Shown one piece after another: positions 1 to 11,687 of a stretch of 64,000 nt of DNA; the stretch's first letter is position 1, and each line of letters starts with the position of its first letter. Position numbers and translations under genes: made by a program. The notes beneath the pieces were generated by a model, which saw nothing but the letters and a program-made list of their open reading frames with translations, was not told where the DNA came from and made no database searches. The DNA is from Carcharhinus longimanus (lineage: Eukaryota): NCBI GenBank assembly GCA_030264375.1, contig JASCQW010000099.1:43178417-43242416 (forward strand). Direction: 5' to 3'.

Positions 1-66
1 GGGATTTTCATAGTAACTTCATTGCAGCGTTAACGTAAGCCTACTTGTGAGACTAAAGTAACTTTT
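1..66 (+). mobile_element. 3' tail fragment of V-SINE subfamily B
   Basis: GGGATTTTCATAGTAACTTCATTGCAGCGTTAACGTAAGCCTACTTGTGA matches the reverse complement of the tails at 8136, 35678, 58220 and 63485. Confidence 0.75.
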
Positions 67-204
67 TAAGGCACTGATCCCGCTTGGCAAAGTTATTGAA
101 CATTATGGTTTAAATTCATAGTTCAAATAAACATTAAACCAAGAAATACCTGACTAATTTTATGTACAACAATATGACAAGGGAAGGCAACATTCTGAAG
201 TAAA

Positions 205-590
205 CATAGAATCATACGGTTGTAGAATACAAAACGTGGCCATCTGCCTCTGTGCCAGCTCCTTGGACTAACTGACTCGTTCTTTCCACCCTTCCTCCAC
301 AGCCCTGTAACTGTTATATCCAATTCCTTTTTGAAATGTTCTACTGACACTGCGTCCACCATTCTTGCAGGCTGTGAATTCCACCTGAAAGCAGCTCTGT
401 GCAAATTAAAACACTTTCTCACCTCCCGTCTGGATCTTTTGCCAATTATCACAAATTGGCATCTTCTGGTTACTGATCCATCCTGCCAGCGGAGACAGTT
501 TCTTTCCCTGTTTATCAAAATCTCGCATGATTTGAAACACCTCCATTAAATCTCTTCATAACCTTCTCCGCTTGATGTGGAACAACATTA
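205..590 (-). mobile_element. Degraded CR1-type LINE 3' end
   Basis: CATAGAATCATA tail plus GAATTCCAC and TTTCTCACCTCCC motifs shared with other minus-strand CR1 3' ends in the window. Confidence 0.45.
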
Positions 591-1554
591 CCTTCATAAT
601 GGTTCACAGCTGTTCAAACACTAGAGTGTTCTCTGAAATGAACAGAATGAAAGATCCTCATTTCAATTTCAAGGCAGAGTGCCTGACAAATCAATGGATG
701 GAAGTAGATGCTGGGATTTTTTTCAAGTGTCAAAAGCAGTTTTTTTAATCAACAGAGCTGTCACTCCATTTAATCAATGTACAAAAGATGACAAAAGTTA
801 ACTTAATTTTGCAGGACGTATCCCTATGATGAATTACTGCATTAAAACATGTCTACTTTACAAGAGTGCACCAAGTAGTGGCAGTTGAAGGTGTGAAAAC
901 ACTTTACTTTAACCTTTCCGAATGTTTCAGGAACCTGAGTGGGCTTTCCATTTTCTTTATAAGCTTTCACCGTGTGTGCGTCCCACTGATTCAGAATGAA
1001 TCTCCCACACACTGAGCACTGCAAAGTACCCTAGCGTGATTCACTCTGGAAATCGGAGAGTGGAACCTATTCCTACTAGACAGGTTGGCAGTGTTGTGCC
1101 CAGTGGGCCACTGTGCATGTGCCAGTTTGTCAGCAGAGAGATTGATGTGTGCGCAGTGGCCCTGCACTGCCGCCCTCCCAATTGCTTCATTCCTAGGCAA
1201 ATTAAATTTCAATATTTAAATCAGTTCTGTGCCAGACTCCAAAAATCTTTGCCTCGAAGATGTGCAGAGGTCCATGCACCCAGCAGGGACCCATCCAACT
1301 GGCCCCTGTTGATGTCTCCCAGCCCGTTGAGCTGATAGAGCAACACAGTGGATGGGGCGAATTGCCACTCTCCCACAGTGTGCTTTCAATAAATTGGCTT
1401 CCATAATGCCACACCACCACATGAAAATGTTGTTGGAGGAAATCCAATTTTTTTAAATGAAGAATCAGACCCCAGTGGGCGTGTTTTACAAGCTAGGCAT
1501 TCCTAATCCATACAAAGGTTAAAGGGACATTGTGCAGGGATGGGAAAGCACAAT

Positions 1555-1631
1555 GTGTTTTTGGGCTGAAGTCTCTGGAGAGGTACCCGAACCCACCTCT
1601 TTTAGAGTCAGAGGCAAAACTGCTACCAACT
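1555..1631 (-). mobile_element. tRNA-derived SINE head split by the Gypsy insertion (continues at 7755-7762)
   Basis: Joining the flanks gives, on minus, TGTAGCTCAGTTGGTAGCAGTTTTGCCTCTGACTC...GGTGGGTTCGGGTACC, with A-box and B-box-like motifs. Confidence 0.55.
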
Positions 1632-1834
1632 TGTGGTATTTTTAAAGGCTAGGCTTGTAGACCATGAAGGTGAAAATAAACAAGAGCTTTACTGGAAAGG
1701 TATTTACTCTCTAGGATGTTAATGTAGACTGCCCATTTGCCTGCACAAATGGCCAATGATGTCATCAATGCGTCATGTGATCAGATTCTTAAAATGACCT
1801 TGTTCCAACTGGGAACAGACATGGACACACAATG
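1632..1834 (-). repeat. 3' LTR of Gypsy element 1
   Basis: TGTGGTATTTTTAAAGGCTAGGCTT...TTTGCCTGCACAAA...TGACCTTGTTCCAA aligns with 7571-7749 and abuts the PPT. Confidence 0.85.
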
Positions 1835-1929
1835 CTGCTCCCCCCTTTATGTTAGGAGTTCTGCAATGAAACACAATATAACATTAACGCTCCAACTCTA
1901 TAACATGAATAATTAATAAACACAACAGT

Positions 1930-4900
1930 CACTAGGTTAGATCTTTTGGAGGAAGTTGGTTCTTGGTATCTGTGAACATCGCAGGCCTGATTCTCCTTTC
2001 ATGAAATGCAGGTTTTTTACTGGGCGGTTTGGAGATGCATGTGTTGACCATTTCACAGGATTTGCGTATCCGTTCCTGACACATGCATGTCTCCCACCGT
2101 TGGAGAGCAGGAGCAGTGAAGGCCACGCTGGAAACAGTGGGAAGATTTTAATCTGTTTTTAATGTCATTTAACTGTCATTGTTGGACCTGGGGCTGAATT
2201 CTCCAGTCCCGATAGCATTTCCCACCCCGCCAGGAGTATTTCACTCCGGCAGGGTTTAGATTAGTTTTTCATGTTCGGGGAACTAGCAGAAGACCCTATT
2301 GGACCGAAGGAGGGGACGATTGGGGCCCCCTAGGGGTCATGCGGTGGGGGTGGTGCCCTTATGGGCATGGGCATCCTGGCAGTGCCAGCCTGTGCCCTGG
2401 CAGTGCCAAAGGGGCAAAGTGCCCATGCCCAAAAGGCACCTTGGTACTACCCACCAGTTTGGGACAGTGCCAAAGGGGCAGGGCCTACTGGGGGTGGGCT
2501 TAGTAGCAATCAGTGGGTGTGGGGGAGGTCCCGCTGCCACTCTGCATTGGGATTTTTCAGGCTGGAGGGAGGGCAGGCTGGGCGTTGGAGATGGTTTGGT
2601 GTGGGGGTGGGTCTGCCTCCTGTGGAGGGGTCTGCCGGGGTGGGGGGGTAGAAGGGAACACCACTGCTGGAGGCAGGGCTGGAGATCGGGGCACTCTNNN
2701 NNNNNNNNNNNNNNNNNNNNNNNNNNNNNNNNNNNNNNNNNNNNNNNNNNNNNNNNNNNNNNNNNNNNNNNNNNNNNNNNNNNNNNNNNNNNNNNNNTGG
2801 AGATGGGGGCACTCTGGGTTGGGCGGAAGGTCGGGGCTGGCGTGGGAATGCTTGTCGGGGTCATGACTGGGCCAGGGGGGGGACTGGAGGGGCAGCACCG
2901 TGGGGGCCCTGGGCTGGCCAGCAAATGGAAGGTGAGAGATTGGGGCCATTGTGCATGTGCAGAGGCTTGGAACTGTCAGACTCCACCATGAGTAGGCACC
3001 ACCCCTGAACTTTTAATGATATTCACGATTGTGACCTGTACACTGAACAGTGTGTGGGAGATTCAAGTTGGAACTCCCACTGAAACAACAATTGTGACTT
3101 ACACCATTTTTCCCACCAATTCAGCAAATTTTTTGGGAGAATTGGATCCCAGGTGTCTGCTTTTTTTTTGTGTTGACTGCAATCTGGTGTTTTTTGGTTT
3201 TGTTTGAACATTGGCTTTGGCTGATACAAATATGGACAATGTAGTTTTTGAGGTCTTTTCAGTGGTGAAGTGTCCTCAGCTGAGATTCTGCCTTCCACTG
3301 TTGTTTCTAGTATTGTCAGGTTCTCAGGAATGTCCATATCTTCACTTTGCAGTTTGTTGTGGACTCTAGGTTGACTCTGTCTCTGGCAGATTAATTCTAG
3401 TTTATCAGTGCGTCTTCTCCACACTACATTGTCCCCAGTTTGAACAGCTCAGCACGCTGGTCCTGTCTGAACTAACACGATGGCAGGTATCCACTTCTCA
3501 CTGTTGGTATAGTTCCTTGCCAATACTTCCTGGCCTTTCTGAAGAACATGGAGTTTAGCCTTCTTCCCACATCGCAAAACCTGACTTTGCAGTTTCCTCA
3601 ACAATTTCCCTTGTCTTAGTTGGCTTCAGTAAATCAAACACAATGCGTAACTGATGTTTTACTGTGAGTAATGCCAAAGAACTTTGGTTTATTGAATGTG
3701 TTGTATTCCTGTATGATATCAGGAATTGGCTTAGTCATTTAGACAGTGGTCCCTGCTCACAAGTTACCTTCAATGAATGTTTCATTATCCGAACAAACCT
3801 TTCAGCTCACCCATATGGGGCGGGATGGTAAGGAACAGATCAGATGTGTTGGATTCTATTTTCCTTTAGATAATTTCTGAATTCTTGTGAAATGAATTGT
3901 GGTCCATTATCGCGAACAAATTGTTCAGGGCAACCAAATCTTGCAAAAATCTCACAGAGGACATAGTCTTCATAATGGCAACTTCAAACAATCTACCATG
4001 ATGAAGAACATTAGTTCTTCGAATGGTCTGGCATAATCTACATGAGCTCTTTGTCATGGTCCTTCTGACCATTCCCATGGGTGTAATGGTACTAGTGGAG
4101 ATAGGTTTTGAACTCCTGCACAAACCAAACACATACCTACCTTCTCCTCAATTTTGCAATTGAGTCCTGGTCAGCAAAGAATAGCTTCTGGCTATCTCCT
4201 TCATCCTTATTATCCCATAATGTCCTTCATGAAGTTGGTTTAGGACACATTTCCTAGAAAATGGTGGAATGATGTCCCTCATTCCCCAGAGGAGAAAACA
4301 GGCCTGTACAGATAGTTTGAGTCTTCAAGTAACATATGGCTTCAACTCTGGGTTTCTTCGCACCATGAAGTCCATAACTTCTGACAGAAGTGGATTTCTG
4401 TACGTCTTAACTTGTTCTGTGGTTAATAGCAGTAGTATTGACTTCTTTGAAATAGAAATTACTATCACTGAGTATTCACTGACAACTTCTTAAGTAAAGA
4501 TAACCTAGAGAGCCCCATGGAGATTCTATTGACGATATTTTATCATCTGTGTGCACTGGCAGCAGCAATGCCCATCTTTGTATCCAGTTCACTAATAGAG
4601 ATGGGATACTGGTGAGCAGCATGTATATTGTTGTCAGTGGTCAATAAATGTTAGTAAAGTAAATTTCCTTCCATATAGGTATTGGTTAAAAACATTTGGT
4701 CCTGAAAATGATGCCTAGAACTTCTTTGTCTACCTGTGTTTTGCTCATTTCTGCTTTGAGGATCTTGATGCAAATGCTGTTGGCTTTTCTTCACCATTGG
4801 GCATTATGTGAGAAACCACTGCTCCCACCTCATCAGGTGATGCATCACAAACCAGTGGCAAGGCTAACTTTGGATCAAAGTGTGCCAGTACTTCTGACTT

Positions 4901-7170
4901 TAATAATACCACCTTACTCATATGAAGGCCTGCGTGCACTTATCCACTTATTTCCACTTCCTATTTTGATACAATGAGTTGTGTAAAGACCTGAGAATAG
5001 TTGCTAAATTAGGGACAAACTTTTCATAATACTTTAATGAGCCCCAAAACAATTAAAGTTGACTTACACATCAATAATCCGCCCCAGGTATTCAATGGAC
5101 AATTTAAAGAATTTACATTTATCCTTCAATACTTGTAATCTGTAGTCTATTAGCCTCTGGAATGTAGCAGCTAAATTTTGAAAATCCTCTCTTCACTCTT
5201 TCCAGTAACGAAGATATCACATTGGACTCCTTTTAGTCTGCTTAGAATTGAATCCATGGCATGTTGGAACAATGCAAGTGCGGACGTGATGACCAATAGA
5301 AGTCTTTTATATCTGAATAGCCCCTTATATGTCACGAGTGTCAAGTGTGAATCCGGATCCATATTTATCTGAAGGTAAGCTTGACTAAGGTCAATCTTAT
5401 TGAAATGCTGTCCTTCAGCTAACCCAGCAAATGAATCATCAATTAAAGACAGACAGTACAGCCTTCATATAGTATAGGATTCATAATGACCTGAAAATCA
5501 CCAAATATGCATATCAAACCATCTTTCTTCACAGGTACTACCGGCGTGGCCCAATGACTAACATTATCTGACTGTCATTTTCTGACTGAGATTCTGGTCC
5601 TTTTTTGTGCCCTCTTAGAATCCCGTGGACCCTTTTACTTCGTTTTCCACTTGATAAACTTGATTCTTGCTTTTTATAAGTCTTGTTTGGAACTTGTTGT
5701 TTCTTTCTCGAACATGCACATTTGATGTGCCCTTTTTTAACCCTATTTTTCCTGCATTCTACATCTTTGCACCAGCAGTCAATTGCTTTGTGCCTGATTT
5801 GAGGACCCCCCACCATCTTGATCACCTCTCTAATTCTGCCTTGACCTTAGGCCTGATGATGTACAACACTGACCTAGCCTTTAAGCATCATGCTTGGCTT
5901 TCATCTTTAGCTTGATTGAGGTCTTTTTCATGCTTGTCAGCTCTCAATTAAAGACAATGACATGTTTCTTTAAAATCTTCAGTAAACCTGCTTCAGATTC
6001 TGACTTGGAATTCACCCTGGCCCAGTTTAGTTTGATTCTCCCCAGCCAGGCTCCCCTCCACAGGGGCTGGATAGTTACCCTTAATGATATGCAAGGACAA
6101 GTCTGTGTCTGTCCACTTAGCTGCACATTTACATTGATACAGCCTCTCAACAGAACAATTTCTCCAGTATAGGTTTTAGTATTACCTTTGAGAGTTTTAA
6201 GGCCATGTGTTATAGTTTCTCTTGGTAAACAGTTTCTGGTACCAACGAAAAGCTGCTCCAATATTTATCTCTGTTTTCACTCCTTATCTGCCCAGTAAAG
6301 GAATGATCCTGTATTGGTTTGTTGCATTCACAATGGCCAGTACATTCAATGACAGTTCATCTTCTGACTGTGATTCTGGTCCTTTTTTTGTACCCTTTTA
6401 GAATCCCGTGGACCTTTTTTACTTCTATTTCATTTTCCATTTGATAAACTTGATTCTTGCTTTTTATAAGTCTTGTTTGGAACTTGTTTCTTTCTTGAAC
6501 ATGCACATTTGATGTGCTCCATTTTATCCCATTTTTCCTGCATTTTACATTTTTGCACCAGCTTTGTGCAAAAATCAGGCACAATGGTGGCAATTTCAAA
6601 CCTGTGTCTGTTGTTCCGGTTCAGCCAATTCCTTATGGACTCTAGTGCTCAAGTTTAATTTTTGGGCTTCCTTAGCTGCTAATTCCATAGGGATTGCAAC
6701 TTTTGAACCCTCTTTTAAGCCTAATTTGCTTTCAGTTAACAATCTTTTTTTAGAAAGCTTTGCTTTACAATCCACACACTAGTCTGTTTCGAATGGTGTC
6801 ATTGAAGGCATCTCCAAATCCACAATATTAAGCTAACCTCTTTAAAGCTGCTGCAAATTGTGTGAATGTTTCACCTTTATGTTGGTTACGTATATGGAAC
6901 TTGAACCTCACGGCAATGACCAAAGGTTCAGGTGTGAAGTGGCCCTGCAATATCTCCACAATCTCATTATAGGTTTTTGATCCTGGTTTTTCTGTCTGCA
7001 CCAGGCTTCACAGGATGTTGAATGTTGCCCGAGCCCCTCATGATTTTCAGGAAAATTGGGACAACTTTGTTCGCTGCAATTTTGAACAAAGTATTTGAAT
7101 GCTTTAGTGTATGAGCTCCACTGCTCAGTGTTTTCATTATATGGTCCTATGGTGCCACAAACTCACCATT
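1930..7170 (-). pseudogene. Gypsy gag-pol, frameshifted and interrupted
   Basis: gag N-terminus GTIGPYNENTEQWSSY (~7100-7160); protease region KTYTGEI (~6170); RT SHWATPVVPVKKDG and KGLFRYKRL; RNase H HFDPKLALPLVCDASP...EEKPTAFASRS; integrase SVPYHP..G.AERFV and C-terminal VLARNY...KWIP...WRR. Confidence 0.9.
2191..3149. mobile_element. GC-rich non-autonomous DNA transposon (Harbinger-type MITE) nested in the Gypsy pol 3' end
   Basis: Termini GGGCTGAATTCTCC and GGAGAATTGGATCC; internal homology to 11688-13008 (TCCCGCTGCCACTCTG, TTGGGGCCA.TG, TGATATTCAC). Confidence 0.7.
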
Positions 7171-7570
7171 TTTACAATGTGTCACAAATGTTTTAGCGCC
7201 ACCCCACTTCTCTTTCTTTCAAACAAGGTAAATTCAGCTCAGACTGTTTCCTTCTGAGCTTTGCAACACCCTCAGCTCTAAATCACTGTTACAGGGTTTT
7301 TTTGTTCACAATGTTCCAGATCTTTCTGGACAGAGTACATAGTGATGCTGGTGATGTTATTTTTGATGTTGTTTTCTCCAAAACCTTCATTTAACTTTTG
7401 GTTCCTGCTACCGATATTTGGCATCCCTCTGTCGCCAGCTTTGGTGTAGCAATACTTTTAGCATAATCCTTTTTGGATGTCTGCAGCACGGATCGATGAT
7501 TTTTCTATGTTGTTTCATTTCTCCGAGACTCTGCCAATGTGGTTCCGACTTCCCCATCTCCAGTTTGCTC

Positions 7571-7749
7571 TGTGGCACTTTTAAAGGGTAGGCTTTCAGA
7601 TCACATAGACACAAACAAACAAGTGCTTTAATTGGAAAAATGTCTACCCTACAGGGTGTTAGGATAAACTGCCTGTTTGCCTGCACAAAATGCGATTGGG
7701 TTCTTGAAGTGACCTTGTTCCAATGAGGAACAAACATGTATACACAACA
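7571..7749 (-). repeat. 5' LTR of Gypsy element 1
   Basis: TGTGGCACTTTTAAAGGGTAGGC...ATACACAACA has TG...CA ends and is followed by TSD CAACT. Confidence 0.85.
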
Positions 7750-8064
7750 CAACTGAGCTACAGGTGAAAATTAAATTCCACAAGCAGTTAGCAACTGAGA
7801 TACCTCATAACTTGTACATTTCCAGACTTCCAACAAGGCACACTGACTTTATGAAGTTATCAGTAGCTGCCCTCATTACAGCAGTATTGCTGTAAGGTAA
7901 ATTAAATGGTGCATTGTTTTCAAAGACAATGAAACCCACCTGGACCACTTGCAGTTGAACCACTTATTCTGTCTGCCACTTGGCTGAGCAGCCCCAATTA
8001 CCTCTACAGCCAGGAGATGCTTCTGGATATTGATTTTCCTGTGTGTGAATCTTATCTCCCATCT

Positions 8065-8570
8065 AATGGGAAAAGCCTGCCTGCCAGATAACTAAATACC
8101 TCAGGGGACTATTTGAAAAAAGGGCAGGAAATTAAAAGTTTATTTAGTAGGCTTACGTTAACACTGCAATGAAGTTACTTGAAATTCCCCTAGTCGCCAC
8201 TCTCAGGCACCTGTTCAGGTACACTGAGGGAGAATTTAGCATGGCCAATGCACCTAACCAATACATCCTTCGGACTGTGGGACAAAACTGGAGCACCTGG
8301 AGGAAACCCACACAGATATGGTGAGAATGTGTAGACTCTACACAGATAGTGACCCAAGACAGGAATCGAACCCAGATCCTCAGCACTGAGATAGCAGTGC
8401 TAACCACTGTGCCACCGTGCTGTCCTGGTTAGCATTTCCTTAACAGCCATATCACAACAGATAGATTAACCCATTATTCACTTCATTGTGCTTTGTGGTA
8501 TTTTTGGGTTGAAAAACCACCATGTTTGCCTACATAACAGTGATTGTTTCCTGTGAATTATTTTGTGTTG
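8065..8570 (+). mobile_element. DeuSINE-like (SacSINE/AmnSINE-type) relic interrupted by a V-SINE
   Basis: GGACTATTTGAAAAAAGGGCAGG [insert] TGTCCTGG...AGATTAAC...TGTTTGCCTACATAACAGTGA resembles the Deu domain as recalled. Confidence 0.5.
8136..8422 (-). mobile_element. V-SINE, subfamily B tail
   Basis: tRNA-like head GCACGGTGGCACAGTGGTTAGCACTG, V-core GTGGGTTTCCTCCAGGTGCTCCAGTTT, tail B. Confidence 0.9.
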
Positions 8571-9619
8571 TACATGTTGGGCAGGCTTAGCTGTTGGATT
8601 TGGATCTGATATTTGTCTTTCAATGAGTGCTAACTCAACCTACCCAAGAAGAGCAGTAGGGACATGGTAGCATGAGCAGATATATCTATAACTTCATAGA
8701 CTCAGAGAAAAGCAACCAGGTTTTCTACTTGAGCTTTATACAATGGCTCATCCTGGAACGTATGTGTGAATGTTGCATTAGGCAACAATCAAAATTTGCT
8801 GTGATGCCTGATGATAAACTGGTTTCCAATTGTCTGCCTATACATAATGAGTAGTCACTTCTCTGAGATTCTAGGGGGCACCTGGTGCATAGAGAGTATG
8901 CCCAGAATAAATCAGTACCTTTGGGAGTGGAAGTGACAAAAAAAAATTGCAATTGTCATGGTAAAGGTTCTAACATTTCACACATCTTAAAATTATCTTT
9001 GTCCTCCAATTCTAACATTTAGAATCTATCAGGGTCATTGCCAGCAAACTGACTGGAACTGAACAAGCCATTATATCATCCCATTTTAATGATTCAGAAT
9101 TCCAGCATTTGAAATTTTATGTTCCACTAATAATTCATGGTTTTGTAACTAGTTTCATTTTAATCTAATTGCTGTGGTCTGAACTTCATTCGAGTCTATG
9201 ATGTACATAGCAGGAAGCAGCAAATAGAAACTTGCCCTTTACATTCTAGACAGGGTGGAGGGCTCTGGGTGGACTTACCACCCCCTCTGTTAAGGAGTTT
9301 ACTGGGGAGTTTTCTGGCTTTTCTCAGATTTGTATCTTTTAAATGCTGAGAAGTCTTAGTGTAACTAATGCCAGTTAAGACCTGGTCTGAGTCCCTTAGG
9401 AGCTTTCTCAAGGCTCTAAATCTTTATCAGAGGAGGATGATTACCATCCCTAGTCAGAATGGCTCCAGCATAAGGCAGAATTTTTAAAATAATGTTTTCT
9501 TTGATTCTCTGATTTTCAATAGTGGTTGACTTATGCTGAAGAGAATGCTTCTGAGGCACCCTTTCAAGCACTGGCAGCCTACCATGCCAGCAAAGAATTT
9601 AGTTGGGTTCTTTTGCCTT

Positions 9620-9888
9620 GAGTGAGTTTTTAATTCATTCACGGGACATGGGAGTTGCTGGCTGGCCAGCATTTATTGCCCATCCCTATTTGCCCTTGGA
9701 GGGCAGTTGAGAGTCAACCACATTGCTGTGGCTCTGGAGTCATGTGTAGGCCAGACCAGGTAAAGAGGGCAGAATTCCTTAAAGGACATTAATGAGCAAG
9801 ATGGGTTTTTTCCGACAGTCGGCAATGGTTTAACAGTCATCAGTAGATTCTTAATTCCAGATTTTTTAAATCAAATTCAAATTCTACC
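9620..9888 (-). mobile_element. tRNA-derived SINE family C (GGGCAATAAATGCTGGCC tail)
   Basis: Matches copies at 33800, 39311, 44558 and 52129 (core CCTGGTCTGGCCTACA..TGACTCCAGA). Confidence 0.85.
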
Positions 9889-10071
9889 NNNNNNNNNNNN
9901 NNNNNNNNNNNNNNNNNNNNNNNNNNNNNNNNNNNNNNNNNNNNNNNNNNNNNNNNNNNNNNNNNNNNNNNNNNNNNNNNNNNNNNNNNNNNNNNNNNNN
10001 NNNNNNNNNNNNNNNNNNNNNNNNNNNNNNNNNNNNNNNNNNNNNNNNNNNNNNNNNNNNNNNNNNNNNNN

Positions 10072-10256
10072 NGTAGCAAAAGCCACTAGCTTTTGGAGGG
10101 CTGCTACTTCGTCAAGTAAGCGGGAGTTCTGACGAAGAAGCAGTGATCCGAAAGCTAGCGGCTTTTGCTATCAAATAAACTTGTTGGACTTTAACCTGGC
10201 GTTGTGAGACTTCCTACTGTGTTTAACTCAGTCCAACGCCGGCAGTTCCACATCAT
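10072..10256. mobile_element. Penelope-like (PLE) terminal repeats in inverted arrangement
   Basis: GTAGCAAAAGCCACTAGCTTT...TTCGTCA is inverted against TGACGAAG...CGAAAGCTAGCGGCTTTTGCTA, followed by AATAAACTTGTTGGACTTTAACCTGG; same family as 40012 and 54737. Confidence 0.7.
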
Positions 10257-10369
10257 GAATATAACTTATGACAGAGGGGCAGATCTTCATGAATTTCCAG
10301 ACTACTGTTTCTTTTGCCATATTTGAAAATCATTTCTTCCTCTGCCCTTTGCTCGGTGTCTGTAGATGA

Positions 10370-10720
10370 ACCATAGAATCCTAACAGTACAGAAAGAGGC
10401 AATTCAACCCATTGAGTCTGCACCAACTCCCTGAAAGAGCATCCAACCCAGGCCCTCCCCTTCAACATTCCCATAACGCCACACATCTACCATGGCTAAT
10501 CCACCTGACCAACTCATCTTTGGACACTAAGGGGTAATTTATTACAGCCAACCAATCTAACCTACATATCTTTGGAGTACGGGAGGAAACTGGAGCACCC
10601 GAAGGAAACCCACGCAGGCACGAGGAGATTGTGCAAACTCCACATATGCATTTACCCAAGGGCTGCAATTAAACCCGAGTCCCTGGCATTGTGAGGCAGC
10701 ATGCTAACCACTGTGCCACC
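10370..10720 (-). mobile_element. HE1-type V-SINE (CR1/HER1 tail)
   Basis: Head GGTGGCACAGTGGTTAGCATGCTGCCTCACA, V-core, tail CTGTACTGTTAGGATTCTATGG. Confidence 0.9.
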
Positions 10721-11687
10721 AATGCTTCACCCTGAGCTGTTTTCTTCTCAGTTTGCTATTGTCTTCCAGTCTTGAAAGTACAGTGAGGAGGCAGGTCCTA
10801 AGGCTGCCTCATCCAGATCAGGAATCAAACCTGTATTGTTGGCATTATTCTGAACCTTGTGCTGGCCAACTGAGCTAATCAGTCTCCAATGTTAAACATA
10901 CCAGCAAACTAACTAAGACAGCTGTCGCAAGCACAGTCCATTGCAGAATTATTTAAAATGAGGTCCCTTTTAATCATTTAATTTTTCTGATTGCATTTGT
11001 TTTTTGCAGTAGTCAACTGTGGATGATGCTAAATGTCCACTTCACACTAGACTGAATTCCAATTAAGTTTCAGCTTATCAATAATTACGTCAAGCAATAA
11101 AATTTGTACATGAGGTAATTAGAGTAACAATGTTTCCTTACATTCTATTTGTAGTTATACATCACCTGCTTGAATGATTATGGATCTTTAATTATTGGAT
11201 GATAAATACTAAGGCTTGTCAGCATCATACTATTTGCTCCAGCCCTCAGTGTCTTCTTAATCATCGCTTCATCCAAAGGTGAGCCAGAAGCTCGCCAGTC
11301 TGAGTTCTCCTCACGAGCTGTGTGGTTTCCTGAAGATTTCAAGATTGCTCCTGACAAATGTGAGAATCCAATAATCAGTAACACAGAGCGTGGAGGATGA
11401 TTCATGAGTTGGAAGGAAGATTTAATTTGACTTCTGCTCTCTCTTCCATTCAGGACCATGGCTTTGATATTTGGAAGGTTAGGGGACTCATTAGGTTGGG
11501 TGGCATGTTTAGTGGCGGCTCCTGGTTGTCTTTTGAGCAACAATATGATATCCTGAGATATTCCTTATTTGGATATTTACAACTCAGACTTTATTCTTAA
11601 CCAGACATCTCTGCATCTTGATGCTAATGTCTCCCCGGTAAGAAAACTGATATCTATGGAACCAAAACAGTGGGAATGATCTTTCTG

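Larger units (their letters stand above)
1632..7749 (-). mobile_element. Ty3/Gypsy LTR retrotransposon 1, full-length and decayed
   Basis: Paired LTRs (1632-1834, 7571-7749); TSD CAACT at 1627-1631 and 7750-7754; PPT at 1838-1848; PBS-like TGGCGACAGAGGGAT near 7424-7438; gag-PR-RT-RH-IN order on minus. Confidence 0.92.

Noticed and set aside
842-1024. Minus ORF beginning QCSVCGRF, zinc-finger-like
   Set aside because: Only a CxxC pair is present, without correct His spacing, repeats or clear splice context.
2299-2991. Long Pro/Gly-rich ORFs in several frames (also 11881-12848)
   Set aside because: They are a product of GC-rich MITE sequence and N gaps and are open on both strands.
11178-11600. 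Overlapping ORFs and a possible 24-nt micro-exon (11454-11477)
   Set aside because: No recognisable protein, and splice-like signals at this scale occur by chance.
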